A DNA stretch of 25,337 nt from Leidyana gryllorum EB-2025a. Its lineage: Eukaryota > Protista > Apicomplexa. The translations under genes and the position numbers were made by a program. The stretch lies in the NCBI GenBank assembly GCA_048772705.1, contig JBLWGC010000054.1:1-25337 (forward strand), in the 5' to 3' direction. The notes under the pieces were generated by a model that saw nothing but the letters and a program-made list of their open reading frames with translations, was not told the DNA's origin and searched no databases. Positions 8,461 through 18,060 of the stretch are shown piece after piece. The stretch's first letter is position 1. Each line of letters opens with the position of its first letter.

Positions 8461-8534
8461 TGCTCCCCGGGGGGATCGAACCCTCGACCTTCGGCAAATA
8501 AGGCCGATGCTCTAACCAGCTGAGCTAGGGGAGC
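8461..8534 (-). tRNA. tRNA-Ile(TAT) variant (T at 37)
   Basis: As 5234-5307, loop CTTATTT. Confidence 0.75.
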
Positions 8535-8678
8535 GATCACCGCCGTTCCACCGCGTAACTCACATTCGATTCTATCTCAGGGGGTTGTTACATCAAGTGT
8601 CAGAATGCCCCGGCCTCGTGCCGACCAAGCTTGTCAGCGTCTCTGCTAATTTGCCACGGCGGTTTGAGGCGTGCCTCC

Positions 8679-8749
8679 TGCGTCTGTCGGGAATCGAACC
8701 TGGGTCGTCTCGGTGGCAACGACACATTCTACCACAAGACCACAGATGC
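8679..8749 (-). pseudogene. tRNA-Gly(GCC) degenerate copy
   Basis: Same lesions as 5019-5089 plus more. Confidence 0.7.
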
Positions 8750-8845
8750 ACAACTCGTTGTTGTTTAAGCTCGTGCACAATACCGGCCGTTTTGCTTCAG
8801 AAGAGAAGACAGAATCGAGTTGAGCGAGTATGACGGGTAGTTTGT

Positions 8846-8917
8846 GGGTACGTAGCTCAGTGGTAGAGCAGCTGACTGCAGATCAGCAAGTCCGTGGTTT
8901 AACTCCGCGCGTGGCCT
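8846..8917 (+). tRNA. tRNA-Cys(GCA) variant
   Basis: Loop CTGCAGA, U73; C56>T and one acceptor mismatch. Confidence 0.7.
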
Positions 8918-9126
8918 GAAGATGGTTTGGAACGATCGGAGATGTTGAACCACAAGGCAATGAGTCTGGAGCGGGGGATGTTTTTGGGCCTATGGCGGAA
9001 CGTAGCGCGTCTGACTCCTGCTTAGAAAATTGGGTGCTGTCCGCCAGTGTCTAAATGGCTCTGATGTTTGATTCCAGCTCTGGGGGATCCAGCATCCGGG
9101 TCGGTGCCATCTGTCGTTGCAGAAGT

Positions 9127-9200
9127 GGTCGCGTAGCTCAGTCGGTTAGAGCGTGAGCCTAATAAGCTCAAGGTCCTCGGTTCGAGCCCGGGCGTGACCA
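9127..9200 (+). tRNA. tRNA-Ile(AAT)
   Basis: Full cloverleaf. Confidence 0.92.
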
Positions 9201-9410
9201 AGTGAGGGGATCTCTGCTAAAGAGTCGCCCCGCACGCGAGGAAACCACAACATTCTGCGACTAATACGAAAGGAACTTGTTACCAAGTCCGAGCTTCCCT
9301 GCCGCGCCAGCTCCGTCGCTAGAGCGCAAGACTCAATGGTGGAGAGTCCTAGTCAAACTTGCTGAACCGTATGTGGAGCCACTGGCCGCAAAATGCCGAG
9401 TTGAACAGGT

Positions 9411-9492
9411 GGCAACTTGCCCGAGTGGTTAAGGGGGTAGACTAGAAATCTACTGGGCCTGGCCCGCGCTGGTTCAAATCCAGCAGTTGTCG
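9411..9492 (+). tRNA. tRNA-Ser(AGA)
   Basis: Same as 2066-2147. Confidence 0.94.
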
Positions 9493-9600
9493 TGTGCTGC
9501 GATCATCGGAGTAGGCGGCTGGGCTCAAAACACTAGAGATTGCAGTGGCGACGCAGAGGCATCAAGTACGTGAATAGGTGCCATCTGTCGTCGCAGAAGT

Positions 9601-9674
9601 GGTCGCGTGGCTCAGTCGGTTAGAGCGTGAGCCTAATAAGCTCAAGGTCCCGGGTTTGAGCCCGGGCGTGACCA
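9601..9674 (+). pseudogene. tRNA-Ile(AAT) with damaged T-arm
   Basis: CCGGG-TTTGAGC-CCGGG. Confidence 0.68.
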
Positions 9675-9875
9675 AGTGAGTGGATCTTTGATAAAGAGTT
9701 GCCAATACGAAAGGAACTTTTTACCAAGTCCAAGCTTCCTTGCCGCGCCAGCTCCGTCGGTAGAGCGCAAGACTTTCAATGGAGAGACCGCGGGTTCGGA
9801 CAACGCGACCGCTCCGAGTCAAGCTGCTGAACCGTATGTGAAGCCACTGCCTGCGGCATGCCGAGTTCTACCGTT

Positions 9876-9957
9876 GGCAACTTGCCCAAGTGGTTAAGGG
9901 GGTAGACTCGAAATCTACTGGGCCGGGCCCGCGCTGGTTCAAATCCAGCAGTTGTCG
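9876..9957 (+). tRNA. tRNA-Ser(CGA)
   Basis: Ser body, loop CTCGAAA. Confidence 0.88.
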
Positions 9958-10032
9958 TGCGATGTGATCGGGCATCAACTCCCTTCGGTCGTGACTCGGT
10001 TTCATATACCGCGGGTGCAGCCGTTAGAGGCT

Positions 10033-10105
10033 TGGACGGCCTGGGCATCGATCCCAGTATCTCTAGCATGTTAAGCGAGTGCTATGTCATTTGAGCTAGT
10101 GGCCC
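10033..10105 (-). pseudogene. tRNA-Ala-derived pseudogene (anticodon AAC)
   Basis: Ala body with D-loop GG lost and stem mismatches. Confidence 0.7.
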
Positions 10106-10193
10106 GCTTTGCAGACACCATAGCATTTAGTGGTTCTTGACATATTATGACCAGTGTCCCAACTCTACCAGCAATTTGCACCACCGACCAGTC

Positions 10194-10265
10194 GGCTGTT
10201 TGGTCTAGTGGTATGATCCTTCCTTAGGGTGGAAGAAGTCCTGGGTTCGATTCCCAGAACAGCCC
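10194..10265 (+). tRNA. tRNA-Pro(AGG)
   Basis: Full cloverleaf. Confidence 0.94.
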
Positions 10266-10311
10266 GTCTGATAGTTGTTGACGCAACAGGCTGCAACCCG
10301 GCCATCCGCCC

Positions 10312-10384
10312 AGACGCTACTGGGACTCGAACCCAGAATCCCCGGTTCCGTAGACCGATGCCATATCCATTAGGCCATAGCGCC
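10312..10384 (-). tRNA. tRNA-Arg(ACG)
   Basis: Same as 7819-7891. Confidence 0.92.
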
Positions 10385-10483
10385 GACTAACGGAGCCGTC
10401 AAATGGGAGTGTGTAGCGATCAAGACAGCGATTGTCGTCTGAAGCAGACCCTGTGTCGATCACTTGTGGGTATGGCTGAGGCC

Positions 10484-10539
10484 GGCTAGGATATGCGGCT
10501 CTCACTCGCACGGTCCGGGTTCAAGTCCCGGCAGTGGAA
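10484..10539 (+). pseudogene. 5'-truncated tRNA-Glu(CTC)
   Basis: Inverted copy of the 561-615 junction. Confidence 0.75.
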
Positions 10540-10615
10540 GTCATTGAAGTACTCGAGCAAAGTGCTCCACTAATCTCCGTCAGTAGCCATCGCTTCGTTA
10601 TCTCCGACTTACATT

Positions 10616-10676
10616 GCCTTCTAAGCTTAGGGGCAGAGCGTTCGCTTCGTAAGCGAGAAGGCGTCGGCAGAAGGCT
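10616..10676 (+). pseudogene. tRNA-Thr(CGT) with T-loop deletion
   Basis: T-arm collapsed. Confidence 0.75.
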
Positions 10677-10743
10677 TTGATGCGTCGATAGGCTTATAAA
10701 GAATGGCTGTCACCAGGTACAAGAGTCAACAGGATCGTGTTCT

Positions 10744-10814
10744 GCATCTGTGGTCTAGTGGAAGAGTCTCTCGCTGCCATCAAGATAACCCGTGTGCGAT
10801 TCCCGACCGATGCA
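10744..10814 (+). pseudogene. tRNA-Gly pseudogene
   Basis: Degenerate anticodon and T arms. Confidence 0.7.
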
Positions 10815-10858
10815 AAACGATAGCATGATGACTTTGTCGGCGGTTCCGATTCCGACCC

Positions 10859-10931
10859 TGGGAGTGGAGAGGATCGAACTCTCGACTTCAGTATTATGAG
10901 ACCTACGCGCTACCGACTGCGCTACACTCCC
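10859..10931 (-). tRNA. elongator tRNA-Met(CAT)
   Basis: GGGAGTG/CACTCCC acceptor, loop CTCATAA, normal TTCGA T-loop; G30:A40 mismatch. Confidence 0.78.
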
Positions 10932-11066
10932 CAGTGGGACTTCTCTCGATGCATCTCCTCCTGTCAAAAGGGTGCACGGGGATGCTGTGTCCACAACAAG
11001 GACAGCCAGCTGAGACGAAAACTGAGTTGCAGCGATTGTGGGGGGCTGGAACCCGATCAGTCGCCC

Positions 11067-11139
11067 AGACGCTACTGGGACTCGAACCCAGAATCCCCGG
11101 TTCCGTAGACCGATGACATATCCATTAGGCCATAGCGCC
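11067..11139 (-). tRNA. tRNA-Arg(ACG) variant
   Basis: One extra D-stem mismatch. Confidence 0.8.
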
Positions 11140-11211
11140 AATCAACGGAGCCGTCGAATGAAAGTGTATAACCATCAAGAGAGAGTTCCATTCGAGACAC
11201 CGGAGACATCT

Positions 11212-11283
11212 TGGCCGAGCCGGGAATCGCGCCTGGCTTCGGACGGCCACAACTTGCTGTCCCAACCACTAGACGACTCGGAT
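11212..11283 (-). pseudogene. tRNA-His pseudogene
   Basis: His body with stem mismatches. Confidence 0.68.
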
Positions 11284-11441
11284 AATCTGCAAGTAGCTAT
11301 CAAGGCAGTGGGCATCAATCAGGATGAAATGTAAGAGGAGCGTTAGATGCTCTCTAAATGAGCTACTACAGGCCGGTTCATAAGAACCAGGCTCATCGGA
11401 TACGTGATTCGAACGACATACGCCCCTTTCACGAAGCTCCT

Positions 11442-11514
11442 ACAGCAATGGTCTAGTGCTTACGACGTCTCCTTCACACGCAGAAGTTCCCGAGTTCGAT
11501 CCTCGGTGGCTGCA
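11442..11514 (+). pseudogene. tRNA-Val(CAC) degenerate copy
   Basis: Loop TTCACAC; acceptor, D-loop and anticodon-stem changes. Confidence 0.7.
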
Positions 11515-11569
11515 GCTCGCAACTTTCAGCGAGAACCAAAGGAGAGAATCTCAAGCGAAACCAACTGTG

Positions 11570-11641
11570 CTCCGAGACCGGGAATCGAACCCGGGTCGTC
11601 CGCGTGACAGGGGGAAATACTAACCACTATACTATCTCGGA
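11570..11641 (-). tRNA. tRNA-Asp(GTC) variant
   Basis: One anticodon-stem mismatch. Confidence 0.78.
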
Positions 11642-11735
11642 CGCTCCGAACACGCCGGCCTCCAACCCCAAAAGTCCTTCCATTTTGAGATTCCAAGGAT
11701 AGAAAACGCGTGGAGCGGCGAGCCAACAACGTCCC

Positions 11736-11815
11736 GTCAAGATGGCCGAGTGGTCTAAGGCGCTGTGCTCAGACCGGAGTCCGAAAGGGCGTGGGTTCGA
11801 ATCCCACTTTTCCCA
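11736..11815 (+). pseudogene. tRNA-Leu(CAG) degenerate copy
   Basis: Acceptor and anticodon stems mismatched. Confidence 0.7.
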
Positions 11816-11851
11816 GCTTGCGCCCTAAACGAGAAAAACATAGAGTCTGTT

Positions 11852-11923
11852 TGAGCCCAGAGTGATTCGAACACCCAACCTTCTGATCTGCAGTCAGACG
11901 CGCTACCGTTGTGCCATAGGCCC
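11852..11923 (-). tRNA. tRNA-Trp body with GCA (Cys) anticodon
   Basis: Differs from 23-94 only by G12>A and C34>G. Confidence 0.78.
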
Positions 11924-11931
11924 AAAACCAT

Positions 11932-11992
11932 CCCCCGCTTCAGACTCATTGCCTTGTGGTCACCCCCGCTCCAGACTCATTACTTTGTGGTC
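11932..11992. repeat. ~31-bp tandem duplication in spacer
   Basis: CCCCGCTYCAGACTCATTRCYTTGTGGTCA x2. Confidence 0.8.
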
Positions 11993-12009
11993 AGGAATGG
12001 AGGTGTCAC

Positions 12010-12080
12010 GCATCTGTGGTCTAGTGGTAGAATGTCTCGTTGCCATCGAGACGACCCGGGTTCGATTCCCGGCAGACGCA
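12010..12080 (+). tRNA. tRNA-Gly(GCC)
   Basis: One acceptor mismatch. Confidence 0.83.
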
Positions 12081-12157
12081 GAAGACACATGGTTGTTTTT
12101 CCCACCATTCCAGAAATTCATGCTTGAGTTGGTGTTTGACCCTCCAACCACATCGCA

Positions 12158-12239
12158 CGACAACTGCTGGATTTGAACCAGCCCGGGCCAGGCCCAGTAG
12201 ATTTCTAGTCTACCCCCTTAACCACTCGGGCAAGTTGCC
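12158..12239 (-). tRNA. tRNA-Ser(AGA)
   Basis: Ser body; C48>G. Confidence 0.87.
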
Positions 12240-12530
12240 GCTGTCGAGCTTGGCATTTTGCAGCCAGTGGCTTCACATACGGTTCAGCACTGCTCGCGCC
12301 GTCACGAACCCCCGGTTCTCCCATCAAACGTCTTGCGCGCCAGCGACGGAGTTGGGGCGGCAAGGAAGCTCGCCCTGTACCTGGGAAGGCCCAAGATTCC
12401 ACGATCAATATAAATGGAATTGGTTACTAAGTCCGAATCTGTATCAGAGATCCACTCACTTGATCACGCCGACATTCCATATTTTCCAAGACGGTACGGC
12501 TCTCGGCCGAAGCCCCAACTCAACCACTCG

Positions 12531-12603
12531 TCCACTGTAGTCTAAGTGGCTAGGATATGCGACTCTCACCCTCACGATCCGGGTTCAAGTCTCGGCAGTG
12601 AAA
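12531..12603 (+). pseudogene. tRNA-Glu(CTC) degenerate copy
   Basis: Anticodon-stem and acceptor mismatches. Confidence 0.7.
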
Positions 12604-12663
12604 ATCCAGCTGAGTGTGCTTGTGGGCAACAGTTCCATTCTTACTTTTAGGGAGATAGATCCA

Positions 12664-12736
12664 CACCGCCCGCGGGGCTCGAACCCGCGACTGCAAGATT
12701 AAGAGTCTTGCGCTCTACCGACTGAGCTAGGGCGGG
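12664..12736 (-). tRNA. tRNA-Lys(CTT) variant (G1>C)
   Basis: Otherwise as 7483-7555. Confidence 0.8.
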
Positions 12737-12839
12737 AAGGAAGCTCTAAACTTAGTTACACCCTATTTGCCGTTGGGTGGACAGTGGAAGTCAATTCATG
12801 TCTTCGTGTGTATATCCCGTCGCATGCACCCAAATATTC

Positions 12840-12911
12840 GGCTGTTTGGTCTAGTGATATGATCGTTCCTTTGGGTGGAAGAAGTCCTGGGTTCGATTCC
12901 CAGAACAGCCC
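12840..12911 (+). tRNA. tRNA-Pro(TGG) variant
   Basis: Loop TTTGGGT; G19>A, C27>G. Confidence 0.72.
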
Positions 12912-13012
12912 GTCTGATAGTTGTTGACGCAACACGGCACTCGACCCATCCCGGACAGCTAAGACAGGATCTGAGTTGTTGACTCAACAGGCTGCAACCC
13001 GGCCATCCGCCC

Positions 13013-13085
13013 AGACGCTACTGGGACTCGAACCCAGAATCCCCGGTTCCGTAGACCGATGCCATATCCATTAGGCCATAGCGCC
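13013..13085 (-). tRNA. tRNA-Arg(ACG)
   Basis: Same as 7819-7891. Confidence 0.92.
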
Positions 13086-13337
13086 GACTAACGGAGCCGT
13101 CAAATGGAAGTGTGTAGCGATCAAGAGAGGACATGGGCAGCTACGCCCGATCGTGGGTTTGGACAGACTTTCACCTACATCTGACATACTATCCAAGCCA
13201 GGATTCGGGCCTGGGTATGCACGGCCACAACTTGCTGTTGTAAGCACTAGACGACCCAAACAATCTTCAAGTGAGGCTGGTGGGTACCAAAGCCACTTTA
13301 GATGTCAGGCTATCGGGTTTTGTGTCCTTGCTTTCCT

Positions 13338-13410
13338 GCCGCCCTAGCTCAGTCGGTAGAGCGCAAGACTCTTAATCTTGCAGTCGCGGGTTCGAGCCCC
13401 GCGGGCGGTG
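13338..13410 (+). tRNA. tRNA-Lys(CTT)
   Basis: Full cloverleaf. Confidence 0.94.
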
Positions 13411-13470
13411 TGGATCTATATCCCTGGATGTAAGAATGGAACTGTTGCCTGCAAGCACACTCAGCTGGAT

Positions 13471-13543
13471 TTCCGCTGCCGGGACTTGAACCCGGATCGT
13501 GCGGGTGAGAGCCGCATATCCTAGCCATTTAGACTACAGTGGA
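13471..13543 (-). tRNA. tRNA-Glu(CTC) variant
   Basis: Loop CTCTCAC; one acceptor mismatch. Confidence 0.82.
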
Positions 13544-13759
13544 CGAGACACAACAGTTGCACTGACGAATGAGGCGCCAGAGAACTGTGAGTCGGTCTCA
13601 GATGGAAAGTTCACCTAGGTTTGGCGGGCGGGCGGCTATCTCAAGTGGTAGAGCGGTGACTTTGCACGCGAGAGGTCAGTTAGACATCTATCAATGCCGC
13701 AGGGCAGGCTGAACATGGGGGTATTTGGTCACTTCCGCGACATGTCGAATTCGACAAGT

Positions 13760-13841
13760 GGCAACTTGCCTGAGTGGTTAAGGGGGCAGACTAGAAATCT
13801 ACTGGGCCTGGCCCGTGCTGGTTCGAATCCAGCAGTTGTCG
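13760..13841 (+). tRNA. tRNA-Ser(AGA) variant
   Basis: One anticodon-stem mismatch. Confidence 0.8.
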
Positions 13842-14000
13842 TGTTATGTGATCGGGCATCAACTCCATTCGGTCGTGGCTGTGCTATATCATTCCAGCTA
13901 GTCGCCCGCTGTGCAGACCCCATAGCATTTAGTGGTTCTTGACATATTATGACCAGTCTCTCGACTGTACCAGCCATTTGCACCACCGACCGATGGGATG

Positions 14001-14067
14001 GGCTGTTTGGTCTAGTGCTATGACCCCTCCTCAGGGTGGAGTCCTGGTTCGATTCCCAGCACAGCCC
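14001..14067 (+). pseudogene. tRNA-Pro pseudogene
   Basis: Small deletions in anticodon and T arms. Confidence 0.7.
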
Positions 14068-14292
14068 TCTTGGTCGTAGGTTGACCCGATGGGACAAGTC
14101 GCCCCAGAACCAACAAAGCCACCTCGTTAGCCCACCTCGGTAGGGCAGTCAGGGCAACTAACATCTAGAGAATCGCATTTCGGCTAAGTCTACGACCTTG
14201 GAAAGGGGTTCCAAGAGCACAAGTGCCGTCTAGAGAGTACGGTGCCGCAAATGCGGGCGGATGATCGCAACCATGTTTAGGCTAATGACTGA

Positions 14293-14364
14293 AGCCTCCT
14301 GCCGGAATCGAACCAGCGACCTTTCGCTTACAAAGCGAATGCTCTGCCCCTAAGCTAAGGAGGC
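14293..14364 (-). tRNA. tRNA-Thr(TGT)
   Basis: Full cloverleaf GCCTCCT/AGGAGGC. Confidence 0.94.
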
Positions 14365-14428
14365 ATTCCCTGTCTCGACCCATATGAGTTTTTGATGCTG
14401 GGAATTGCATCATTTCCACCACATCGCA

Positions 14429-14510
14429 CGACAACTGCTGGATTTGAACCAGCGCGGGCCAGGCCCAGTAGATTTCTAGTCTACCCCCTCAACCACTCGG
14501 GCAAGTTGCC
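14429..14510 (-). tRNA. tRNA-Ser(AGA)
   Basis: Ser body, one D-loop change. Confidence 0.9.
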
Positions 14511-14811
14511 GCTGTCGAACTTGGCATTTTGCAGCCAGTGGCTTCGCATACAATTCAGCACTGCTCGCGCCCCCCCCGAACCCGCGGTTCTCCCATCAAA
14601 AGTCTTGCGCTCCACCGACGGAGTTGGGGCGGCAAGGAAGCTCGCCCTGTACTCGGTGAAGGGGCGAAGGCCCAAGATTCCACGATCAATACAAATGGAA
14701 TTGGTTACTAAGTCCGAATCTGTATCAGAGATCCACTCACTTGATCACGCCGACATACCATGTTTTCCAAGACGGTACGGCTCTCGGCCGAAGCCCCAAC
14801 TCAACCACTCG

Positions 14812-14884
14812 TCCACTGTAGTCTAAGTGGCTATGATTTGCGGCTCTTACCCGCACGATTCGGGTTCAAGTCCCGGCAGTGGAA
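14812..14884 (+). tRNA. tRNA-Glu body with CTT (Lys) anticodon (variant or pseudogene)
   Basis: TGCGG-CTCTTAC-CCGCA; two D-arm/hinge changes. Confidence 0.7.
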
Positions 14885-14960
14885 GTCATTGAAGTACTCG
14901 AGCAAAGTGCTCCACTAATCTCCGTCAGTAGCCATCGTTTCGTTATCTCCGGCTTCCATT

Positions 14961-15032
14961 GCCTTCTTAGCTTAGGGGCATAGCGTTCGCTTCGTAAGCG
15001 AGAAGTCGCCGGTTCGATTCCGGCTGAAGGCT
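14961..15032 (+). tRNA. tRNA-Thr(CGT) variant
   Basis: Loop TTCGTAA; 7:66 mismatch. Confidence 0.75.
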
Positions 15033-15335
15033 CGACTGCATCGACTGGGCACCGGCAAGCTGCTCGCAAACTCCAATAATCGTAGCTCAGCCATCAGAGG
15101 TAAGTCTCTCAGCCACGAAGTCGCAGGTTTGGAACCTGCCAGTACCTGAGGCACCCACAGGGGGCTGTTTGGTCTAGTGGTATGATTCTTTCTTCGGCTG
15201 GAAGGAGTCCTGGGTTCAATGCCATGTCTCTCCAAGGTCGGCTACTATACCCGGCTCCCACTCGTACAATCCCGAATGAAGTCCAGACCAGCTGAGACAA
15301 AATCTGAGTTGCACCAGTTGTGAGGGCTGGAACTG

Positions 15336-15407
15336 CTCCGAGACCGGGAATCGAACCCGGGTCTTCCGCGTGACAGGCGGAAATACTAACCACTATACTA
15401 TCTCGGA
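15336..15407 (-). tRNA. tRNA-Asp(GTC)
   Basis: Full cloverleaf TCCGAGA/TCTCGGA, G73. Confidence 0.95.
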
Positions 15408-15569
15408 CGCTAGTAAACACGCCGGCTTCCAACCCCAGAACTCCTCGCATTTTGAGATTTCACCGATAGGAAACGGGTAACACTTCGGCAAGATGGCCGA
15501 GTGCTGTGTGCAAGCCGCCGTCCGAAAATGCGGGCGGATGATCGCAACCATGTTTAGGCTAATGACTGA

Positions 15570-15641
15570 AGCCTCCTGCCGGAATCGAACCAGCGACCTT
15601 TCGCTTACAAAGCGAATGCTCTGCCCCTAAGCTTAGGAGGC
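15570..15641 (-). tRNA. tRNA-Thr(TGT) variant (U8>A)
   Basis: Copy of 14293-14364. Confidence 0.8.
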
Positions 15642-15705
15642 ATTCCCTGTCTCGACCCATATGAGTTTTTGATGCTGGGAATTGCATCATTTCCACCACA
15701 TCGCA

Positions 15706-15786
15706 CGACAACTGCTGGATTTGAACCAGCGCGAGCCAGGCCCAGTAGATTTCAAGTCTACCCCTTAACCACTCGGGCAAGTTGCC
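15706..15786 (-). tRNA. tRNA-Ser(TGA) variant
   Basis: Loop CTTGAAA; one G missing from G-run. Confidence 0.75.
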
Positions 15787-15902
15787 AACGGTCGAACTCG
15801 GCATGCCGCAGACAGTGGCTCCACATACGGTTCACACTTGATGTCCGTGAGATAGATTCGAATCGAGTGACGCGGTGGCACCGCGGTGGCATGGCGGTGA
15901 TC

Positions 15903-15976
15903 GCTCTCCTAGCTCAGCTGGTTAGAGCATCGGCCTTGTGTGCCGGGAGTCGAGAGTTCGATCCCCTCGGGGAGCA
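15903..15976 (+). pseudogene. tRNA-Ile(TAT) body with TGT anticodon
   Basis: Loop CTTGTGT; several other substitutions. Confidence 0.68.
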
Positions 15977-16026
15977 AATCGATCCAATGACAGCCGACGA
16001 CCACCGAGTGCATAGGAGGAGACCTC

Positions 16027-16120
16027 TGCGAGTAAATTCTATAAGTGTATCCTCCTGCGGACACTCGACAGTGCGAGTAAATTCTATAAGTGTATCCTCC
16101 TGCGGACACTCGACAGTGCG
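16027..16120. repeat. Perfect 45-bp tandem duplication next to an iMet remnant
   Basis: TGCGAGTAAATTCTATAAGTGTATCCTCCTGCGGACACTCGACAG x2. Confidence 0.9.
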
Positions 16121-16182
16121 TCGTGCCGTTGGACGGACCTTGCAGTCGTAAGCCCAACACTCTGGCACTGAGTTCCACTACT
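16111..16182 (-). pseudogene. initiator tRNA-Met remnant
   Basis: CAGTGCGTCGT...GACGGACCTT...AGCCCAACACTCT aligns to 3731-3802. Confidence 0.62.
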
Positions 16183-16316
16183 TGAGCGTCGGGTATCATA
16201 AAGGAAGCGGAAATGTGTTTCTTGAGATTCGGAGTGATTTGACACACCATGAGTGCCGTAGCGGCTGTTTGGTTTGAAGGTATTATTCTTCCTTGCTTAG
16301 AAGAACATCGCAACTG

Positions 16317-16388
16317 AGTCTTGTAGCTCAGTCGGCAAAGCGTGTGGCTGTTCACACAAAGTCGCAGATTCGAAGCCTGGCAGTACCG
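16317..16388 (+). pseudogene. tRNA-Asn pseudogene
   Basis: Shares lesions with 8247-8319. Confidence 0.68.
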
Positions 16389-16465
16389 GGATCTGCGGTA
16401 TTCGACTCTCTCATAGAGGTTGGAACTCTGTATTCAAATACCAGCAGGTGCCGCCGTACGGAGTT

Positions 16466-16538
16466 TGGACGACCTGGGTATCGATCCCAGTACCTCTCGC
16501 ATGCTAAGCGAGCGCTCTACCATTTGAGCTAGTCGCCC
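16466..16538 (-). tRNA. tRNA-Ala(AGC)
   Basis: Full cloverleaf, G3:U70. Confidence 0.94.
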
Positions 16539-16625
16539 GTTGTGCAGACCCCATCGATTTTTTTGTTCTCAACATCGTATGACCACTCTCTCGACTGTAC
16601 TCAGCGGGTTGCTCGACCGACAGCC

Positions 16626-16697
16626 GACTGTTTGGTCTAGTGGTATGATTCTTCCTTCCGGTGGAAGAAGTCCTGGCTTCGATTCCCAGAACAGCCC
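16626..16697 (+). pseudogene. tRNA-Pro body with CCG anticodon
   Basis: Loop TTCCGGT; G2>A and G53>C. Confidence 0.68.
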
Positions 16698-16778
16698 GGT
16701 TGGTTGTCGGTTGACCCGACTCTCTATCTCATCTCAAGATGGTACGGCTCTCGTCCAAAGCTGCAGCTGAGGAAGTTG

Positions 16779-16850
16779 TCCACTGTAGTCTAAGTGGCTA
16801 GGTTATGCGGCTCTCACCCGTACATCCGGGTTCAAGACCCGGCAGTGGAA
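16779..16850 (+). tRNA. tRNA-Glu(CTC) variant
   Basis: 1-nt deletion in variable loop, D-stem change. Confidence 0.68.
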
Positions 16851-16918
16851 GCTACTCGAGCAAAGTGCCTCAGTAATCCCCGTCAATAGTGACTGATTCT
16901 TGATCTTCGGCCTGGATT

Positions 16919-16990
16919 GCCTTCTTAGCTTAGGGGCAGAGCATTCGCTTAGTAAGCGAAAGGTCGCCGGTTCGATTCCGGCAGAAGGCT
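16919..16990 (+). tRNA. tRNA-Thr(AGT)
   Basis: Same as 3614-3685. Confidence 0.94.
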
Positions 16991-17080
16991 CGACTGCATC
17001 GACTAGGCACCTGCAAGCGGTAAGTCTCTTAGCCACGAAGCCGCAGGTTTGGAACCTGCCAGTACCTAAGGTACCCACAG

Positions 17081-17152
17081 GGGGGTTTGGCCTGGTGGTA
17101 TGATTCTTTCTTCGGGTGGAAGAAGTCCTGGGTTCGATTCCCAGAACAGCCC
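17081..17152 (+). pseudogene. tRNA-Pro(CGG) with damaged acceptor 5' strand
   Basis: GGGGGTT vs AACAGCC. Confidence 0.68.
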
Positions 17153-17266
17153 GTCTGATAGTTGTTGACGCAACAAGGCACTCGACCCATCCCGAGACAA
17201 TGTCCCTGACAGCTTAGATAGGATCTGAGTTGTTGACTCAACAGGCTACACCCCGACTATTCGCCC

Positions 17267-17339
17267 AGACGCTACTGGGACTCGAACCCAGAATCCCCGG
17301 TTCCGTAGACCGATGCCATATCCATTAGGCCCTAGCGCC
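17267..17339 (-). tRNA. tRNA-Arg(ACG) variant (U8>G)
   Basis: Otherwise as 7819-7891. Confidence 0.8.
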
Positions 17340-17568
17340 GACTAGCGGAGCCGTCAAATGGAAGTGTGTAGCGATCAAGACAGGACATGGGCAGCGACGC
17401 CCGATGGTGGGTCTGGACAGACTTCACCCACATCTCCCATTCAAAACATCGGGGACATACTATCCAAGCCAGGATTCGGGCTTGGGCATGCACGGCCACA
17501 ACTTGCTGAGGCTGGTGGCAAAGCCACTTTAGTTGTCAGGCTATCGGGTTTTGTGTCGTTGCTTTCTT

Positions 17569-17641
17569 GCCGCCCTAGCTCAGTCGGTAGAGCGCAAGAC
17601 TCTTAATCTTGCAGTCGCGGGCTCGAGCCCCGCGGGCGGTG
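17569..17641 (+). tRNA. tRNA-Lys(CTT) variant (T54>C)
   Basis: Otherwise intact. Confidence 0.8.
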
Positions 17642-17675
17642 TGGATCTGTTGCCTGCAAGCACACTCAGCTGGAT

Positions 17676-17748
17676 TTCCACTGCCGGGACTTGAACCCGG
17701 ATCGTGCGGGTGAGAGCCGCATATCCTAGCCACTTAGACTACAGTGGA
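17676..17748 (-). tRNA. tRNA-Glu(CTC)
   Basis: Full cloverleaf. Confidence 0.94.
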
Positions 17749-17866
17749 CAACTCCCTCAGCTGCAGCTTTAGCCGAGAGCCGTACCCTCTTGACAAGACG
17801 TGATTCCAGAATCCTGCGGTAGAATAAGGGAGGATCTCTATACTAACCTCTGAAACATTGTAGCTG

Positions 17867-17939
17867 GGTCTTGTAGCTCAGTCGGCAGAGCGTGTGGCTG
17901 TTAACCACAAAGTCGCAGGTTCGAAACCTGCCAGGACCG
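17867..17939 (+). tRNA. tRNA-Asn(GTT)
   Basis: Full cloverleaf, G73. Confidence 0.94.
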
Positions 17940-18060
17940 GTTTCAGAGGCACTCTCCAAGGGAAGGAAAATCATACCACGAGCACTCCAACTCGACATGC
18001 GCGGCAGTGGCTCCCCATACAGCTAGCAAGCTTGCGGAACGTCTTTCGCGTGAGAGGCTA

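Larger units (their letters stand above)
14428..15503. repeat. Segmental duplication, direct copy at ~20973-22029
   Basis: Same order Ser, Lys-like, Glu, Thr(CGT), Asn-psi, Pro-psi, Asp, Leu with shared spacers. Confidence 0.88.

Noticed and set aside
15706-15786. Ser TGA as a stop suppressor
   Set aside because: Anticodon TGA reads UCA (Ser); a normal isoacceptor
16027-16120. CRISPR-like repeats
   Set aside because: Two abutting copies with no spacer, no cas genes, eukaryotic context
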